Positions 51,641-63,775 of a DNA stretch of 64,000 bases are shown here, piece by piece; within the stretch, counting starts at the first letter, position 1, and each line of letters starts with the position of its first letter. The stretch is from Setoptus koraiensis (lineage: Eukaryota; Animalia; Arthropoda): the NCBI GenBank assembly GCA_048013815.1, contig CM106585.1:558001-622000 (forward strand), in the 5' to 3' direction. Below the pieces are notes generated by a model. That model was not told where the DNA came from, did not search any database, and was given only the letters and a program-made list of their open reading frames with translations. The position numbers and the translations under genes were made by a program.

Positions 51641-51862
51641 CACAGACTTCGAGCAAAATCCACCAGAGGCGCTGTTGGACTTTGCGGTAAAATGTACAGC
51701 GGCTATTGCATGGATTACAGCTCGCGCAAAGGTTTGATCAGAAGTGAATGCTGACAACTTGCAGCCAAAAATCAGGCCACATTTATTATTATTATTTCAT
51801 CATTTCCTTGGCAACATTCAGTGTATCCAAATCGTTCTTAGGTGGCCAATTATCAGACAACA

Positions 51863-52633
51863 ATGGGCGCTGAGGATAAAGTATTTAATCTACTGCGTCG
51901 TTCTGCTGTTTCCTACAATGCCGTCAAGAGGCTCCCTGCCGCATATTTAAAATACTACGAGGCATCTCAAAAGCCGGAGACAAGGGTACACGATTCGGCG
52001 CCAGAGACAAAATATCTAGATTACCAACAGGACCCTGAAAGTGGTTACATTTACAGAGTGCCAGATCAGCCGATACCCGTGTTCAGGCCCGAGCAATCAC
52101 AAGTGGGACTTTGGGGGGGTGTTGGTTGTATAAAGGGATTTGAGAAGCCAAAATTCAACAAGCCAAGACACACTAAATTTTGGTCGCCCACCCTGGAGCG
52201 CCATCTGCTATATTCGGACATATTAGATATCTACATTGATGTTGTAGTTACCAAGAGAACGTTAGAACTAATCGACCAACATCATGGCCTAGACTCTTAC
52301 ATACTGAGCACTCGTGATCAAGACCTACACTCAAAATTGGGCGTGAGTCTCAAGCACAAAATGTTGGTTGCTTTAGCTAAACAAGATTATCATGATGATG
52401 ATGAAACAAAAAAGAAGTATGTGACAGAGAAATATAAGAATTTTGTCATGCCATTGGAAGAGGCCGAATGGCATGGTTTAAGCGTGGCACAAGCCATAAT
52501 CAAAGACAGATGGAGCAACCTCAATCAACAAATAGATCCACCCTTAAAACAAATCTACGCCGAGAAGTTAGTTGCCGATTTAAAATTGGAAAAAGAAAGG
52601 CAGGCCAAGGAAGATGCAGAGAAAACGCAATAG
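51863..52633 (+). CDS. mRpL28: 39S mitochondrial ribosomal protein L28, 256 aa, intronless
   Basis: RLPAAYLK, P.PIPVFRPEQSQ.GLWGG.G.IKGF, FW.PTL..LYSDILD....VVVT.RTL.LID..HGLD.YIL.T..QDL.SKLG..LK.KML.ALA. First ATG at 51863. Confidence 0.95.
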   Translation: MGAEDKVFNLLRRSAVSYNAVKRLPAAYLKYYEASQKPETRVHDSAPETKYLDYQQDPESGYIYRVPDQPIPVFRPEQSQVGLWGGVGCIKGFEKPKFNKPRHTKFWSPTLERHLLYSDILDIYIDVVVTKRTLELIDQHHGLDSYILSTRDQDLHSKLGVSLKHKMLVALAKQDYHDDDETKKKYVTEKYKNFVMPLEEAEWHGLSVAQAIIKDRWSNLNQQIDPPLKQIYAEKLVADLKLEKERQAKEDAEKTQ

Positions 52634-52814
52634 ATTACGGGTCTGGCTTGATTGTTATAGCAATATGAAATGTACGTGGATGAAATGTACGAAAATGAAA
52701 CGATTGTTTCCCATAGAATATACAATCCTACATTATTTGGTGCAATTAATGGGGAATATTCATTACGCATAGATAATTACTTCAATTTGTTGGCCGGTGT
52801 GTTATCTGTGTTTA

Positions 52815-55696
52815 TTAAGTTGTCACCACGGCACATTTACTAATGTGTTTATTTTTTGCTAAGGATTGGCCACGCTCTCTACTGGTATCACTATTACTAC
52901 TATGGTCGTATTCAGTTATGTAAAACTTTTGGTTTAGATAGATGAATCTAATTAACAATTTATACAATGTACTGTCGGCCTTTATCTGGACATACATGGC
53001 CAAAAAGAAGGACAGAAACAATAATGCTCCACACATCAATGTGGCCTTCTCGCTTGAACTTAGCTCAGTGTGATTGTTGCTGGAATGTGATGATGGATAT
53101 TTGTGATGATATATATTCGCTTGCATGCCATCAAGATTGGACTCGTTAACAAACAAAACAAATATAACAGCGCAAGCTATCATGGTCAATATACAGCCAA
53201 CAAATATTGTATGTAACAGTATATCTTTGCAGGAACAATTTGGCAATCTCCAGCATCTTAGGTCAAATTTTGTGTGCCACAAATATTCATAGTTACAAAG
53301 TTCACAACTTAGAGGTTTCCTAGTATCCTTATTGGAGATTTCTAACCATTTCTGTACGTGTGAAAAAGATCAGAGATAGATAGTTATCAGAGTGGTGTTA
53401 GTTTAGTTACATATCACCAGCATTTAAATTTGATTGATTCATCTATATTCAGAGTACTTACGAGAAGACAACCGCAATGAATGTATTGCATTGTACCAGA
53501 ACATTTACAAGGCGATATTAGTTTGTCATTGCGCTTTGATCCAACATGACATATTTTACAGAATGGAGCTTGAGAGCTAGTTGAGCATATTGTCATAGTA
53601 TCACTAATATCACTGGCGTATAAATGTGCATTATTTTTATCATCATTATTATTTGTATAGCTGCTGTCACTAGTTGTTGCAGCTGGTTCCAATTCGATAG
53701 TGTTAACACTGTCTAGACTGATTTGCGACTCGGAAAAATGACCGCGACACATAACGGTACTGGGCTTCTGATAATGTCGTTGATTATGATGATTTTCATA
53801 ATTAGCCAGAGTCGTTTGCATTATTTGACTACTGTTGTCTTGATGTCTATTGTTGTTGTAGTTGTAATAGTTGTTGTTGTTGTTGTTGTGCACGGGTTGT
53901 TGTTGTCTACGATGACCCGAAGCCGTGTTATTAATGTTAGGTGGCCTATGTGCTTGAACTATCGATGACGCAAATGAAGATGAGGACGACGACGAAGGCG
54001 AGGACATGATGTATCTCTTGCTAGGTCGTGGAGTATATTTCATAATTCTACTCGATACCTGTTGCGATGGTTGTTGTGATATATCGTAATGACGCGAGGC
54101 AAGATTTGAGTTGCTATTGGCCGTAGTCAATGATGGTGGTGATATATTTCTCTGTTGTTGTGGCTGTTGTTGGTGGCGCCCTCTTATTATATTGAATCTA
54201 TTCATAATGTCGAGCATGATAGAATCAGAAGTGTCTTGCTGCCGATGCCTTTGCTGTTGATGGAAATTAGATGTTGCGTTGCCGCTGATAATATTATTAT
54301 TGTTGTTGTTATTTGTAACAACTTCAATGATGTCATCATTTCGCATGGATATTGATTGGCTGGCGTTGCCGGTGGTTGCTGCAGCAGCAGCGGCTGATAG
54401 TATAACTGATGGTACATAATCAGTAGTGTCAAGAGCATAATCTTGTTGTTGTTTGCTTGATTCAATCATGGGCACTATAACGGGGCTAGGGTGACTCGGA
54501 TAGTTGGCTTCTACGTTGTTTGTTGTTGCTATTATGTAACTACTTTCCGGCGTCGGATAATAACTACCTATGGGCGCTTGTTGTTGTTGCGCTTGCTGTG
54601 ATCTATGATAGTGTCGTTTATTTATTTGCAGTTTTTGCTGTTGCTGTTGTTGATTATGAGCACTAGCAGTGTCAACCGATAATTCACTGGTAGTAGTTGA
54701 TGTTTGCTGTTGTTCAAGGTTAACGGCAGTGGCGGCAACAGTAGCAGTTGCATTAGAAATAATGTCGTTGGTATCTATGTGATTAAATGTATTAAGTGTT
54801 TGTGTCATGTCTTTCTGGCAATCACTATTCACTCGATCACAACTGTTGCCGCCACGAATATTCTTTTTACCGACAGCAACACTGGCATAGCTAAGGCAAT
54901 TTTCATCACTACTACCACCGCCGCCGCCACTACTACTGCCACTACTACCATTGCCACTATTACAACTACGGTTGTTATTATTATTATTATACAGCAACGT
55001 ATCTGCGTTATTAGTTGTGCCAAGAGTTGTTGCTGTTGCGACTTTCAGACGATCACAATCGTTCTCTCGTAAGCTCTTGTGGCCACCACATATTAGCGCC
55101 ATGTTTTTATCTGGTTGTGTCGACAATGCTTGTTGCTGTTGTCTTTCGTCTAATCCAATGTAAATGTCGTTGTCGTTGTCGCCACTACAATTGACGATTG
55201 GCTGCAATAGTGGCGACAAGAGAGCCGAGTCGGCGTTGTGACTCGCCAATTTATAGTCGCTCTTATTTTTTACGCTTCGCCTGACCGCTGTGCCCAGCAA
55301 GCCCACGCTCTGTTTATTGTCCTCGGTATCACTGCTTGTTTCATGCAGCACCTGTCGTTGATGTTGTTGTTGATGGTGGTGCTGCTGTGAGTCGGCAGCA
55401 ACAATGTCAGTATGGCTGTCTGCGTTATTGTGACATTGTTTTGCTTGCCATGCCATCAACTGGGGATTGTAGTCAAGCTCAAGACCATGGGCCAGCAAAT
55501 TGGACGAATTGGTCCAGCCAGCTTTGGCCCGTTGCTGTTGTTGTTGTTGCTGCTGCTGTTGACGTTGCTCATGAGGAGCGTCCAAAAACAAGAGAGACGG
55601 CAAACTGGCCGGAAATCTCTTGTTGTATCTCAGACTGAAACTTGTCTTGTCTCGTTGTTGTTCTTTGCGCCTCAGCTTGTACTCTTTTGCCGTCAT
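52815..55696 (-). CDS. MARCH-family (RING-CH) membrane E3 ubiquitin ligase, ~923 aa, with a long Q/N/S-rich N-terminus
   Basis: Exons 55696-53462 and 53351-52815. The phase-0 intron 53461-53352 (GTAAGT..CAG) splits the RING-CH: CKICH..LISPCKCSGTMQYIHCGCLL|KWLEIS..SCELCNY. Two transmembrane segments follow. Confidence 0.9.
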
Positions 55697-58574
55697 GACT
55701 CGCTGTCTAATGCTAATAATTATGTCACTGATGTTGCTATAATAATGATGCCACTGTCAACGAAACGATACCATTGTCACAATAGCTAACATGCTGATTG
55801 ATAATTAGATTTAGCGAATTGTTCCATCGATTATCTCGTTCCGCCAATGTGTGTATGTGCCAGCGTGTGTGTGCCTTAATTGATTATATATATAAATATA
55901 TATCTAACTAACTAACAGTCAGAGTCGATGTTATCTCACTGTCGTATAAGTGTTATTCTATTCTGGGCTGTCTCCGGACATTTAGACACTACAATTGAGA
56001 CAACTATAACTCGATTGGCAAGAACAAGCGGGCGACAAAAATGACAGTTGCGAGCTGTTGTGACAGAAGCAGTTTATTTTGAAACAACAACTGCAATAGC
56101 TTGCTTGTTGTTGTCACATTAGAACATGACACTAGATAATGGCTATTATACTGCATTATCCACTTGTTGCTTACACTACCGGCTGGCTCGGCGATTCTTT
56201 GCGTCAGTTCGCCGAGTGAGTCAGGTGAGTTTCAGTAGTTGCTGTAGCTGTCGTTGTTGTTGTCGTTGATGGTGTTCTCCCTAACTGATGAATTTTGTTG
56301 TTTTTTTTTTTGCTGCTTTCCCTCTATGTTGCAGCACAAGTCTGAAAGTGATTATCAACAGGCTGGCAATGAGTGAGCATTTTGGGGGTTGGACACGCTG
56401 CCAGTCCGTAGTCTAGTGGCAACATACACCGAATAATAAAACTAAACGAACTCAACATCCAACAACAGCAAAAATAAATAATGCACTTTGTCATACACCT
56501 GTTAGCAGTAGGTTTGTTCGTGTCAGTCGGTGTTAAGTATTTTGCTACTTACTACTTGTGTGTGTCTATGCTGGGATCTACCGACTATGTGGTTTGTGTG
56601 TGTGTAGACGAGGAAATTGTGATGAAACTGGCAGCTGAATGATGAAATTACAAAACAACAACTGACATTTGCAACGGTAGCAGCGATTGATGCGGTTTAG
56701 AATATTTGTTCATTTTCGTCATCTATCGTGTTCTTAATCGCGTACAGTATTACCGAATATCGTTGCGTGGCGCTTAGTGTGCAGTTGTGTCGAAAATGGA
56801 CGTAGGGTGGCGAAATGACAGCCAATCCAGTAGCAACAGCGACGAAAGACAGTGCGCGCGTATCAATTCGCGAGATTACAGTAAGTGTAAGTGTCAGTGA
56901 GTTAGCGAATGGCCCGCACAATGGAGTCTTGCCAGCTCTGGCTGGCCAGTCGCGTTCACTAATGAATTGACAAGCGAAAAAAGATCTAGCGCCACAACAG
57001 CGGGCAATAAATTGTTTTTTATGAGCCGTATTAGTGAAAGTGTCGATAGGTACAATGTCTAATATACATGCACTAATATAATAATAATAATAATAACAGT
57101 ATTAATAGCTTGTTTCGGCTAGAATTCCAATGCGAATGATTTATCCTGCGCGATTCGAATTGGCATTTAAATTAGCAAGCCATAAATCTAGCTTCGACGG
57201 CGCACATGGCGCCAACTGAATAGCCCCCAAGTTGAATGATAATGAGTTAGCTTGGGCAACAGCAAATGTCTAGTCGCCATTGTTGTCTCGGCTTAACCAT
57301 TGTGCTCCTTTTGGCTGCCGTCGCTTGCTGTGGCAACCGAAAGACAAACAAACAATGCTAGCGCTGTCAATTAGCCAATAGTTAGTTGGGTAGCGACGCA
57401 TAGCTCAGGCTAATTACGCCGTACGCACAGTGGGCACGTGGTTGCACTACCAACAGGGTTACATAAGTGGCTAACTCACCTGTGTGGCTCATGTTGTTTA
57501 TTGTTTGTCTCCAGTGTGTGCTTGTTAGTTTGTGCATTTGTTTCCCTGATGTGATATCGTGTGCCGTGTGGCCTTGAATGAGCCTTTATTCTCTATAGAA
57601 TCTAAAAACAAATTCTTTTTTGCTACCGAAATTCATCTCACAATGAAACTCTCTTATGTGCCTCTCATCTGAGTGCGTATGTGAGTGTGGCTATCACTAA
57701 AACTTTGTTAACGTTACTACGACATGCAGTAACATGATGAGCAGTTATGCAAATTCACCCTTTCTCACTCGAGAAGCGAGTGAGTGTGTGATGAGAAGCG
57801 AGGAATGAAAAATTTCCCTGAAACTGCTCATGTCTGCTGTTAGCACAATTGGCTAATGGAGACGCTTGTGTTGCCAGCAGTTTTACACGATCTCACAAGT
57901 GGAGCTGGTTCGTTAATATCCGGATAATTGCTCATCATTGTTGTTTGTTTATTGTTACTTTGGCCTTTCCACAGCGACAACCTCTCAGCTGCTTGCGAAC
58001 AAGTGTGCATATCTGGCACCTACTAATTAGTTGATTGATGGCGCCACTTTTATGCACACTTGGCGACAACAATAACTGTCTAATGCCCACAGAGAGCAAC
58101 TGGAGATGAACAGCGGAATTGGATCGATTCGTTGGAGTTGCCGCAGAGCCAATGATAATCTCATCCGAGACGCTGAAATGCACGAGCGAATTGTGCCTAC
58201 TCAAGCAAACAATTCACATTTGAATAAAGGTATCGCGATGCATGCAAATCATGACGCTGATTGTGCACTGTTGCCATTTAAACTGCAGGTCTGCTGTTGC
58301 CCCTACTTATCATTGGCTCGCTTCTTGTCAAATCTACGTGCGTTCGATTCACCTGTTCACTTTGGCTGACAACGTTTGTGAGTTGCGAGTGGCGTTGTGA
58401 GCTCATTCTCAGCTTGTGAGTGCTTGCTGACAGCGATTATTGTTGGACGAGTATTCAGCTTAGGACAAGTTGCAACAACAGTCACTGTTGAACAGCGAGA
58501 GAACTCAAACAAAATGTTAAGAAGAAGACGAATTATATTCGCAAGGGGATGCTTTTTCGGTTGTGGTTGCCAGC

Positions 58575-58608
58575 GAGACAGAGAGAGCGAGAGAGAGAGA
58601 GAGAGAGA
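58575..58608. repeat. (GA)n microsatellite
   Basis: Directly visible. Similar GA tracts occur at 42180-42233. Confidence 0.9.
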
Positions 58609-61123
58609 ATTGCTGTGGTGCGATTATTGCAGCATGGGGTTGCTCAGCGGCTCAACATGATGCCAATGTGTAGAGCAACTTTTCAAGTGCACAAGTCAAC
58701 AGTTGGAGAGTGCTGCAAAGTGGAGAGAGTCAACACACTCGCTAACTAATAAGAATACAGGCGCAACCTGTTGGCGTCATTTTCACAAGCCTCTATTATA
58801 TCTATCGATTTGCAATACAACAATTCACCTGTTGTTGAACCGTTACATCTAATTGGTTAGGTGCTGCCAGCAGACGACCATCTATTGCAACAGCAACAGC
58901 AGCAGCAACAACAATGCGATTCGCACCCTATTAGCGCATGAATCCGGCAACAACTTTCGTCCCATTACTATCATCACTATTATCAACATATACAATCATA
59001 TGGACGGCATACGCTAGCATTGTAAGGATGATATAATGAAGTGAACACAAACATTTCACTTGTCGGAATATTTCCATGAGACTTGCCGCTGAACTAATTG
59101 ATTATCAGCTTGCGATAATGCGCGCCTTGTCGTGCAAAAGAATGGGCATTTGAGTGAGCGCGCAAAGGAACAAACAAACAAACATTAGCTAATATTGGCC
59201 AATGTTGCTTGGCTGATTAGCCAACCAACGTTGCCAACTCACCAAGCTGGCGCCCGACGTGACTAACAATGTAAATTTTGATGCGGTCTCGTCACTTGGC
59301 GGCCTATCCATTCAATGTTATTATAGCGATATTGGCCAAGCCTTGTCATTATCATCATCTCCCTTTGATATGAGCATTATTATATAAATAGTTTGTTTGT
59401 ATGACGCCACACGAGATACCAGACAATACAAGAGCAACAATAGTTATTAATTTATGACGACATAACAATTATTATTACGCCATTATCAGTGGCGCACAAG
59501 TGACAATAGCACACCAACTTATCTCATGTGTCGATAACGCTGTTGATTGGCTTTGGTAAGGATCAAATCTTTCATTTCTCTACTTTCATGTCTCCATTGA
59601 CAACAATTAATCAGCAACAATCACACTCAATAGCCTGACAAGTTAGTTTGTCATTGCAAGCTCACTCAGCAGTCTAAACGCGATTCACGCGTGAATACTG
59701 CCAATTATCCGTCTGGCTGCTCAACAGCGGTCTTTACATAATTTTAAGTTTGCTTTATTTCGCAATATTTTCTTTAGTAACACTTACCGCAATTTGTTAA
59801 TGTGCACTGTACTGTTGTCATTGTTATGCGACCGAAAGCAACGGTGTCTTTATCAACCAAACCACAATCATATCGACAATCAAAATACAACCGAATCAAC
59901 ATATTAGTTATCACATAAGTGTGCAGACAGTGAATGTACAGTGGTGAACAAATTGAATGTCGACATCACTCGATCCAGGCACAAGTCGGCAATGACTTGA
60001 AAAGTCAGCGCTGCCGACGGGCACAAATTATCACCCTCACCTGTGTACAGTCTGATTAATAAGCTAATAATTAGATGATATTTCTGCTTATAAGGCGCTT
60101 GTAACTTGCAGAGATTGTCAGCCAGTAGTGAACTACATGCATGCAACGAATGCATAATGTTTTAAATGCCGTTTATCGCTGACGCTGACAACTAATGCCA
60201 GCAACAGAACATAATCGATCGAATTTGCATGGGCAACCGTCACCACTAATGATGATGTTGATGACGCGCCACTGTTATGGAGACGATGATCGCAATAATT
60301 AGTTTGTTGTAAATTAATTATCCTTGCAGATTCACCTGTGTGTGAGCGTTGAAAGAGCACAAAACTTGTTAAATGTTGAAACTGATCACTGCAACTATGG
60401 CGCTCACATCCAAACCATATCCATGCTAATAGAATGTTGGCGATGCTAAGTAGGCAGTGGGGAGCTGCGTCATGAGAGCAAAAAATTGAAAGTTGTAAGT
60501 GGCTCTCATCTTGGAACGGTAATGTTTAAGATAGTGACTGGCAAGAGCATTTGAAACAGTGTTGCCGCTGTAAATGCCAAACAGCCAGTGCACTGGAGGA
60601 CTGTATCATCTATTAATGTTAAGTGAATCAAATTGTTGTTGTAATTAAATTTATAAATTACTGAACTGTCAATCGGCAACGTTCGCCACCCTAATATTCA
60701 AATGATATTAAGCTATATTGGAAGTGGCACGCTGACTTTCGATACATTCCAATTAAACTCTCAAGATTTGACTCTAAAGTAACCGTGAGAGTGACTCACA
60801 GACACGAGACTATCTGCTGGGGATTTTATGACTATTGTTCAAAGTCACCACTTGGCAACTGGTAAATCGCTAAACAAGCTTGCCGGTGCAATAGATGTAA
60901 AGTTTTAAGCTGAACAATTAACGTCTAAAGTATCTATAGTGATAAGTCAATAGAACAACGTAATGACTAACAAGTGGACACATGATTTGAGCGTGCACAA
61001 AATCTTTTACTCGTACAAACTGTAAAAGGCACCTAGTTTTATTCTATTTTCAAAAAGTCAGACAAAAACTATTCAAAATCAATGTGATCCCCAATGCGTA
61101 ATTGGCTTGTCTCTGTCCTGGCT

Positions 61124-61291
61124 CTAATCGTCATAGTAAGGCCCCCAAACGCCCGGTTCGATCCCAGGAGGGCGACTATCGTCCCAGTCGAATTCTTCTA
61201 TTGGTAGGTCCGGATGCGGAAGCGTCGCTACTGCGGTGGCGACCATGAGGACTACGAATACAAGAGCTAGAGTAATCTGACTGAAATTCAT
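61124..61291 (-). CDS. Secreted peptide family copy 1, 55 aa (truncated by TAG; homologous tail continues to 61079)
   Basis: Not in the ORF track. MNFSQITLALVFVVLMVATAVA-TLPHPDLPIEEFDWDDSRPPGIEPGVWGPYYDD*, then in frame SQDRDKPITHWGSH*. Confidence 0.75.
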   Translation of the reverse strand: MNFSQITLALVFVVLMVATAVATLPHPDLPIEEFDWDDSRPPGIEPGVWGPYYDD

Positions 61292-61432
61292 CGTAATTTT
61301 TAGCGAAACTGCTTAATTAGCTATTTATGTGTGGGTAATTGGGTAACGTATAGTATCTCTAAATTGAACTGGATTTGTTGTCTGATGAATCGCTTATTTA
61401 TTTTGTGTGCTTTTGTGATAAAAAGCGATCTC

Positions 61433-61439
61433 TTTTATA
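61433..61439 (-). promoter_or_regulatory. TATAAAA box upstream of peptide copy 1 (identical at 62715-62721 for copy 2)
   Basis: TATAAAA ~140 nt upstream of each ATG. A second CATAAATA plus GCAGTT Inr-like pair lies closer to the ATG. Confidence 0.45.
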
Positions 61440-62297
61440 GTCGGCGTCGACTCGGAACATTCCGAAAAATGGTACCCGAAGTCTAAATTTGGCACTTGGT
61501 GATGTTAGCTCGAGGGAATGCTGCAAACAATAGTCTAGTGTCTAAACTGGGGGTAAGCAAGCAAGCGCGCGTGATGTCTCGAAGAATGTTGTCTTCATCA
61601 CTGTTGCCATACCGAACTCAAGCTGCAGAACGAGTCCCAAAAGAAATGTCAAATCTAAAAAGTAAAATATTGCCAAGCAATTCCTATGTTGGATCATTAG
61701 AGTGGCCGATCTGAACACTATCGATAACCAATATCCGATCATAGCGATCAGCAATCCTTTCTGAAGGGTGGCTGTTAATACAGCGTTTTCTAACTTTTAT
61801 CTTGAATAAAATTCCGATCCCACCGGCAGGTGAGGCTGCAACTTTTTTCAGAGAATATTGCAAGTATGGTTGCAAGTAATAGGCTGGCAGGGAAGTTGAA
61901 AGTGATATCTCTCATAGTTAGTGTCGAATTGGAACATTCCGAAAAATGGTAAACGAAGTCTAAATTTGGCACTTTGTGACATCGGAATGATGTAAATAAC
62001 ATTTATAACAAAGAGTAAACAAGCCAGCGCTGGTAGAGAATCGTCTAGAATCGAAGCCAAAAGTAGCTTAGACATCTGTAGATGACTGAGTCGTGGCGAA
62101 GTTCTTGCTGTTCGTCTATCTGGAAAGTGACAAGTCGATGAACAAACTCAATTGAATAAACGACATGTAGAAAAAATGACAACTGCAACAAAATTGAGAG
62201 TGATCTCAGTTTTGTTGCAGATCTATTAATTGGTGATCAATCAATTTTAGATTTATTTAATTGAAAATGTCAACATTATTCTCGAAACAGTATCTTT

Positions 62298-62573
62298 CTA
62301 CCAACTGGTTACTGGCCTGCCATAGTCTTGAAATTCTTCTCTGGCATGCCAGCCGACATAAGTGCCCTGATCTACTCCAGGAACCACTTCCTCTTCCCAT
62401 TCCTTTGCGTAATTCTTTCCGTCTTTTCCTGTTGTGTAATCGTCATCATCATCATTTGCATCTCTCCATTTTGTTTTAGTGAATGCGTGATTTTTGTAAG
62501 AACCTGCAGAAACTGCGGTGGCGACCATGAGGACCACGAATACAAGAGCTAGAGTAATCTGACTGAAATTCAT
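62298..62573 (-). CDS. Secreted peptide family copy 2, 91 aa
   Basis: Signal peptide MNFSQITLALVFVVLMVATAVSA, then an acidic mature region KTKWRDANDDDDDYTTG..EEFQDYGRPVTSW. Confidence 0.85.
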   Translation of the reverse strand: MNFSQITLALVFVVLMVATAVSAGSYKNHAFTKTKWRDANDDDDDYTTGKDGKNYAKEWEEEVVPGVDQGTYVGWHAREEFQDYGRPVTSW

Positions 62574-63775
62574 CGTAATTTTTAGCGAAACTGCTTAATT
62601 AGCTATTTATGTGTGGGTAATTGGGTAACGTATAGTATCTCTAAATTGAACTGGATTTGTTGTCTGATGAATCGCTTATTTATTTTGTGTGCTTTTGTGA
62701 TAAAAAGCGATCTCTTTTATAGTCGGCGTCGACTCGGAACATTCCGAAAAATGGTACCCGAAGTCTAAATTTGGCACTTGGTGACGTTAGCTCGAGGGAA
62801 TGCTGCAAATAATAGTCTAGTGTCTAAACTAAGAGTAAACAAGCCAGCGCGCGTGATGTTTCAAAGAATGTTGTTTTCATCACTGTTGCCATACAAAACG
62901 CAAGCTGCAGAACGAGTCCCAAAAGAAATGTCAAATCTAAAAACTAAAATATCGCTAAGCGATTCCTATGTTGGATCATGATAGGCCTATCTGAACACTA
63001 TCGATCGCCATCATTATGACACTATACACGTTATTCATGAGTTTATTCATCGATGAATTGTTCATATATTGTTTGTCGCTTTGCGGTGAAAAGAGATACC
63101 TTCGATAGTCGCCGTCGACTTGTGACATTACGAAAAATGGTGCCCGAGGTCCGAAATTGTCTCTTTGTGACTCGAACAGAATAGTAACATTGGTAACATA
63201 GATTCATGCCGGTGAAGGCTGGTTGAGAATCGAAGTCAAAAATAGCTTAGACATCTGTATTTTTTGCTGACATTTGCTATCACTCTTAGTTTTTGTTATT
63301 CTCTTATGCCATGCTGCTGTTACATTCGCCGAAATAGACTCGATTCTGCTTGCTTCTATCCCTAGAAGTGTTAACATGTAATGGATTGAGACCAGCCTGC
63401 TCTTTGGGTTTGTCATTTGGGGTTTTGACTCCTTCCTGTTTCGTGATAGAAGGAAAAAAAACAAATTATCATTCTAATCATGAAAAAATAAAGGAAAAAC
63501 TTGGTATCCCCTCAGTCGGTGGACTGAGGCGCAGAGATCGTGGGTCGGAGAGGACCTCTCCGAGAGGTGCTGTTCATTTGCTTCTTCCAAGTCTTCCCTC
63601 ACACTCCCAAATCTCAAGAGACCTAAAGAAAAAGGAAAATTTCAGCTGACGAGAGAAAAGGTGTGAGCGAATTCATGACCGATATCGTGACATTTCAACT
63701 GATTGATTTATTTTGGAAAAAAAATCAAAATTAGGATACAGTTAGACAAAAAAAAACCATTCGAAATCAATGTGA

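Larger units (their letters stand above)
61230..63004. repeat. Tandem segmental duplication: block 61230-61725 repeated at 62512-63004 (offset 1282)
   Basis: The first ~315 bp differ at only 3 positions I could find. The remainder is more diverged. Covers the signal-peptide coding region and upstream sequence of the peptide genes. Confidence 0.95.

Noticed and set aside
55412-55789. Antisense ORFs over MARCH, and similar ones over AstA-R, d4 and ACC
   Set aside because: Shadow frames of real genes or of triplet repeats.
57849-60360. Several 60-90 aa ORFs upstream of MARCH
   Set aside because: No homology, no consistent splice chain, repeat-rich context.
61155-61165. GGTTCGATCCC, a tRNA T-loop/B-box-like motif
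   Set aside because: It is the antisense of codons GIEP in peptide copy 1. No cloverleaf or A-box.
61496-62981. Duplicated plus-strand ORFs (61496-61714 and 62778-62981)
   Set aside because: TTG starts, and differences between copies are mostly non-synonymous (about 12 vs 3 by eye), as expected for non-coding DNA.
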